Source of the DNA: an uncultured SAR86 cluster bacterium
GTDB taxonomy: Bacteria; Pseudomonadota; Gammaproteobacteria; Magnimaribacterales; D2472
Length of the DNA stretch: 64,000 nucleotides
Reading direction: 5' to 3'
NCBI GenBank assembly: GCA_943788365.1
Contig: CALSPZ010000001.1
Span: 678,263-742,262, forward strand
Made by a program: the position numbers and the translations under genes
Shown here: in pieces, positions 62,044-64,000 of the stretch
Numbering within the stretch: position 1 is the first letter of the stretch
Layout of the letters: each line of letters starts with the position of its first letter
Notes under the pieces: model-generated
The model's input: the letters and a program-made list of their open reading frames with translations, nothing else
The model's database searches: none
What the model was told of the DNA's origin: nothing

Positions 62044-63201
62044 TTAAGTAAGAGATTCTATCACCTTCTTAGCTTGTTTGCGTGTTTCTTTATCCATTTC
62101 ATATATTGATTCAAGCTCAATATCTTTAGACATATCTTTGCCATTAAAAGTTCTATTTAATATAGAATATATGTCTGAGAATTTAATTTCTTTATTAAGA
62201 AATGCGGTAACAGCCATCTCATTAGCTGCATTAAAAACTGTCCCTGTTAATCCTCCTTCATTACAAACATCACGAGCCATTTTTTCTAAAAAAAGACGAT
62301 CTTTTGGAAATGCCTCAAACGAAAGGTTTAAACCATTTAGATCCATTGGGTTAAATTGAATTGGTATTTTTCTATTATTTGATAATGCATTGGCAATAGG
62401 AACTGTCATATCTGGGTTGCTCATATGCGCAATGCTTGAGCCATCAACATACGTTACAACTGAATGAATTATGCTTTGAGGGTGAATTACAAGATCAAAA
62501 AAACTTTCCTGCAAATCAAATAAGTACTTTGCTTCAATTAATTCTAAGCATTTATTCACAAGTGAGGCAGAATCAATTGATATTTTTGATCCCATCGACC
62601 AGTTAGGATGATTAAGGGCTTGTTCTAATGTGACTGTATCTAATTCACCAATTGACTTACCAAGAAAAGGCCCCCCAGAAGCAGTGATAATTACTTTTGA
62701 GATGTCTTTAGAGCTTTTACAAGAAGCAAGGCATTGATGAATAGCGTTGTGTTCGCTATCTATAGGAATTATGGAGGTGTTATATTTCTTAGCCAAAGGC
62801 ATTAAAAGGTCGCCAGCAACAACAATACTTTCCTTGTTAGCAAGAAGAATAGTTTTGCCAGTTTTTGCTGCTGACATTGTTGTTTCAAGACCTGCAAAAC
62901 CTGAGATAGCTGAGATAATTATGTCCACATCATCTTTAACTATTAAATTTTGAAGGTCATCTTTGTTGAATATGACTTGTGTGTCAAAGTTTCCACATTC
63001 TTTTTCTAATTTCTTTGCTGACTCCTCATTATTTGTGTGAATAAAATTTGGGGAGAAATCTTTAATAATTTCAACTGCTCTATCTACATTATTATCAAAA
63101 GATATTCCGTAAAGATTAAATTCATTTTTATTTTGATGTATAACCTTTAAAGAACTGCTTCCAACACTTCCAGTTCCACCAAGCAAGAGTATATTTTTCA
63201 T
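62044..63201 (-). CDS. dxr: 1-deoxy-D-xylulose-5-phosphate reductoisomerase
   Basis: NADPH motif LGGTGSVG, ANKESIV, IDSEHNAI. Confidence 0.95.
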   Translation of the reverse strand: MKNILLLGGTGSVGSSSLKVIHQNKNEFNLYGISFDNNVDRAVEIIKDFSPNFIHTNNEESAKKLEKECGNFDTQVIFNKDDLQNLIVKDDVDIIISAISGFAGLETTMSAAKTGKTILLANKESIVVAGDLLMPLAKKYNTSIIPIDSEHNAIHQCLASCKSSKDISKVIITASGGPFLGKSIGELDTVTLEQALNHPNWSMGSKISIDSASLVNKCLELIEAKYLFDLQESFFDLVIHPQSIIHSVVTYVDGSSIAHMSNPDMTVPIANALSNNRKIPIQFNPMDLNGLNLSFEAFPKDRLFLEKMARDVCNEGGLTGTVFNAANEMAVTAFLNKEIKFSDIYSILNRTFNGKDMSKDIELESIYEMDKETRKQAKKVIESLT

Positions 63202-64000
63202 TAAAAAGCTAAGATCAAGATAGATGTAAGTATTGGTAATGAGGAAAGGTGAGAGTCTATTCTATCTAGAATGCCACCATGACCAGGAAGTAAATTTCCG
63301 GTATCTTTTATACCTGACTTTCTTTTAAGAAAGCTAAAGAAATAATCCCCAACAAAAGCATAAAAAGAACCAGCTATCATAAGAATTATTATCAACGGCG
63401 TTGTATTAAATAAAGCAAATATGAGGCCACCAAATAAAGTACTAAACAAAATTCCCCCAACAAAACCCTCAACCGTTTTGTTTGGACTAATCTCAGAGAA
63501 TAATGGATTTTTTCCAAAATTTGAACCTGCTAGATACGCCGCACTATCTGAAATTGCTGAATTTAAAATAAATATTAGAAATAAAATATAATTTGAAAAA
63601 GTAAAAATGTTATCCGCTTCTAAGATATAAATTGAACATAAGAAGAAAGATATTATGACTAGGTACCTAATAAAAATATTATTAAAATTTACAAAATAAA
63701 GTTTTGATGTTGAGTTTGATATAAGAAAAACACTGAATATAATCCAAAATACTCCTGATAAAAATATTGTTAACTCAGCAAACTTATGAGGTGCTAAAAA
63801 TAGCAAAATAAAAAAGATCAACAATGCCATATGATTTAAGACAAAAGAACTTGAGGTAGAGTTTTTTAACCATTCATGAAAAGCGAAAAATAAAGTAACT
63901 AAAATAGTTAATAAAACTAAAATTTTATTTTCGAATAATACTATGCCAAAAATAGGCACACTTATAACTAAAGCAGTAATGCTTCTAGTTAAAAAATTAG
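63201..64000 (-). CDS. cdsA: phosphatidate cytidylyltransferase; 5' end probably beyond the window edge
   Basis: C-terminal CdsA signature (SFLKRKSGIKDTGNLLPGHGGILDRIDS). The track starts it at GTG 63959, but the frame stays open to base 64000 (...NFLTRSITALVISVPIFG), which resembles the usual CdsA N-terminal TM segment. The true start is likely outside the window. Confidence 0.9.
   Translation of the reverse strand, partial: NFLTRSITALVISVPIFGIVLFENKILVLLTILVTLFFAFHEWLKNSTSSSFVLNHMALLIFFILLFLAPHKFAELTIFLSGVFWIIFSVFLISNSTSKLYFVNFNNIFIRYLVIISFFLCSIYILEADNIFTFSNYILFLIFILNSAISDSAAYLAGSNFGKNPLFSEISPNKTVEGFVGGILFSTLFGGLIFALFNTTPLIIILMIAGSFYAFVGDYFFSFLKRKSGIKDTGNLLPGHGGILDRIDSHLSSLPILTSILILAF

Overview
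This is a visibly AT-rich, very gene-dense chromosomal segment. It looks like a streamlined gammaproteobacterium; that taxon is an inference from gene order, with no marker search run. Nearly every base is covered by about 60 housekeeping CDS and 4 tRNA genes.

Gene order follows the Pseudomonas-type core layout:
- an acyl-CoA ligase fragment, then prmC<-prfA<-hemA
- lolB-ispE-tRNA(Gln)-prs-rplY-pth-ychF-tRNA(Met)
- pnp<-rpsO<-truB<-rbfA<-infB<-nusA<-rimP<-tRNA(fMet)
- tRNA(Leu) on the opposite strand
- secG<-tpiA<-glmM<-ftsH<-rlmE<-greA<-carB<-carA
- map-glnD-dapD-dapE
- a POT permease, an RDD protein, then lptG<-lptF divergent from pepA-valS
- an ABC-2 exporter pair, elaA-like GNAT, two tandem gpx, then rimI<-holD divergent from leuA
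- enoyl-CoA hydratase, then tilS<-accA<-dnaE<-rnhB<-lpxB<-lpxA<-fabZ<-lpxD<-skp<-bamA<-rseP<-dxr<-cdsA

I found no rRNA, CRISPR array, transposase, integrase, phage genes or recognisable defence genes. I do not see a convincing novel multi-gene system here.

The items most worth a second look are:
1. A two-gene cassette of paralogous small two-TM proteins of unknown function between tRNA(Met) and pnp, with a perfect 13-bp hairpin between the two genes.
2. A valS that stops about 200 codons early and abuts an ABC transporter gene.
3. A 99-nt perfectly identical tract inside two otherwise diverged tandem glutathione peroxidase genes.
4. An inverted tRNA(Leu) gene, the only plus-strand gene in an otherwise all-minus run of about 18.6 kb.
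5. Several signs of extreme compaction: overlapping divergent starts, overlapping convergent ends, and a missing pnp leader.

All product calls rest on motifs I could read in the supplied translations plus conserved synteny. No database search was possible.
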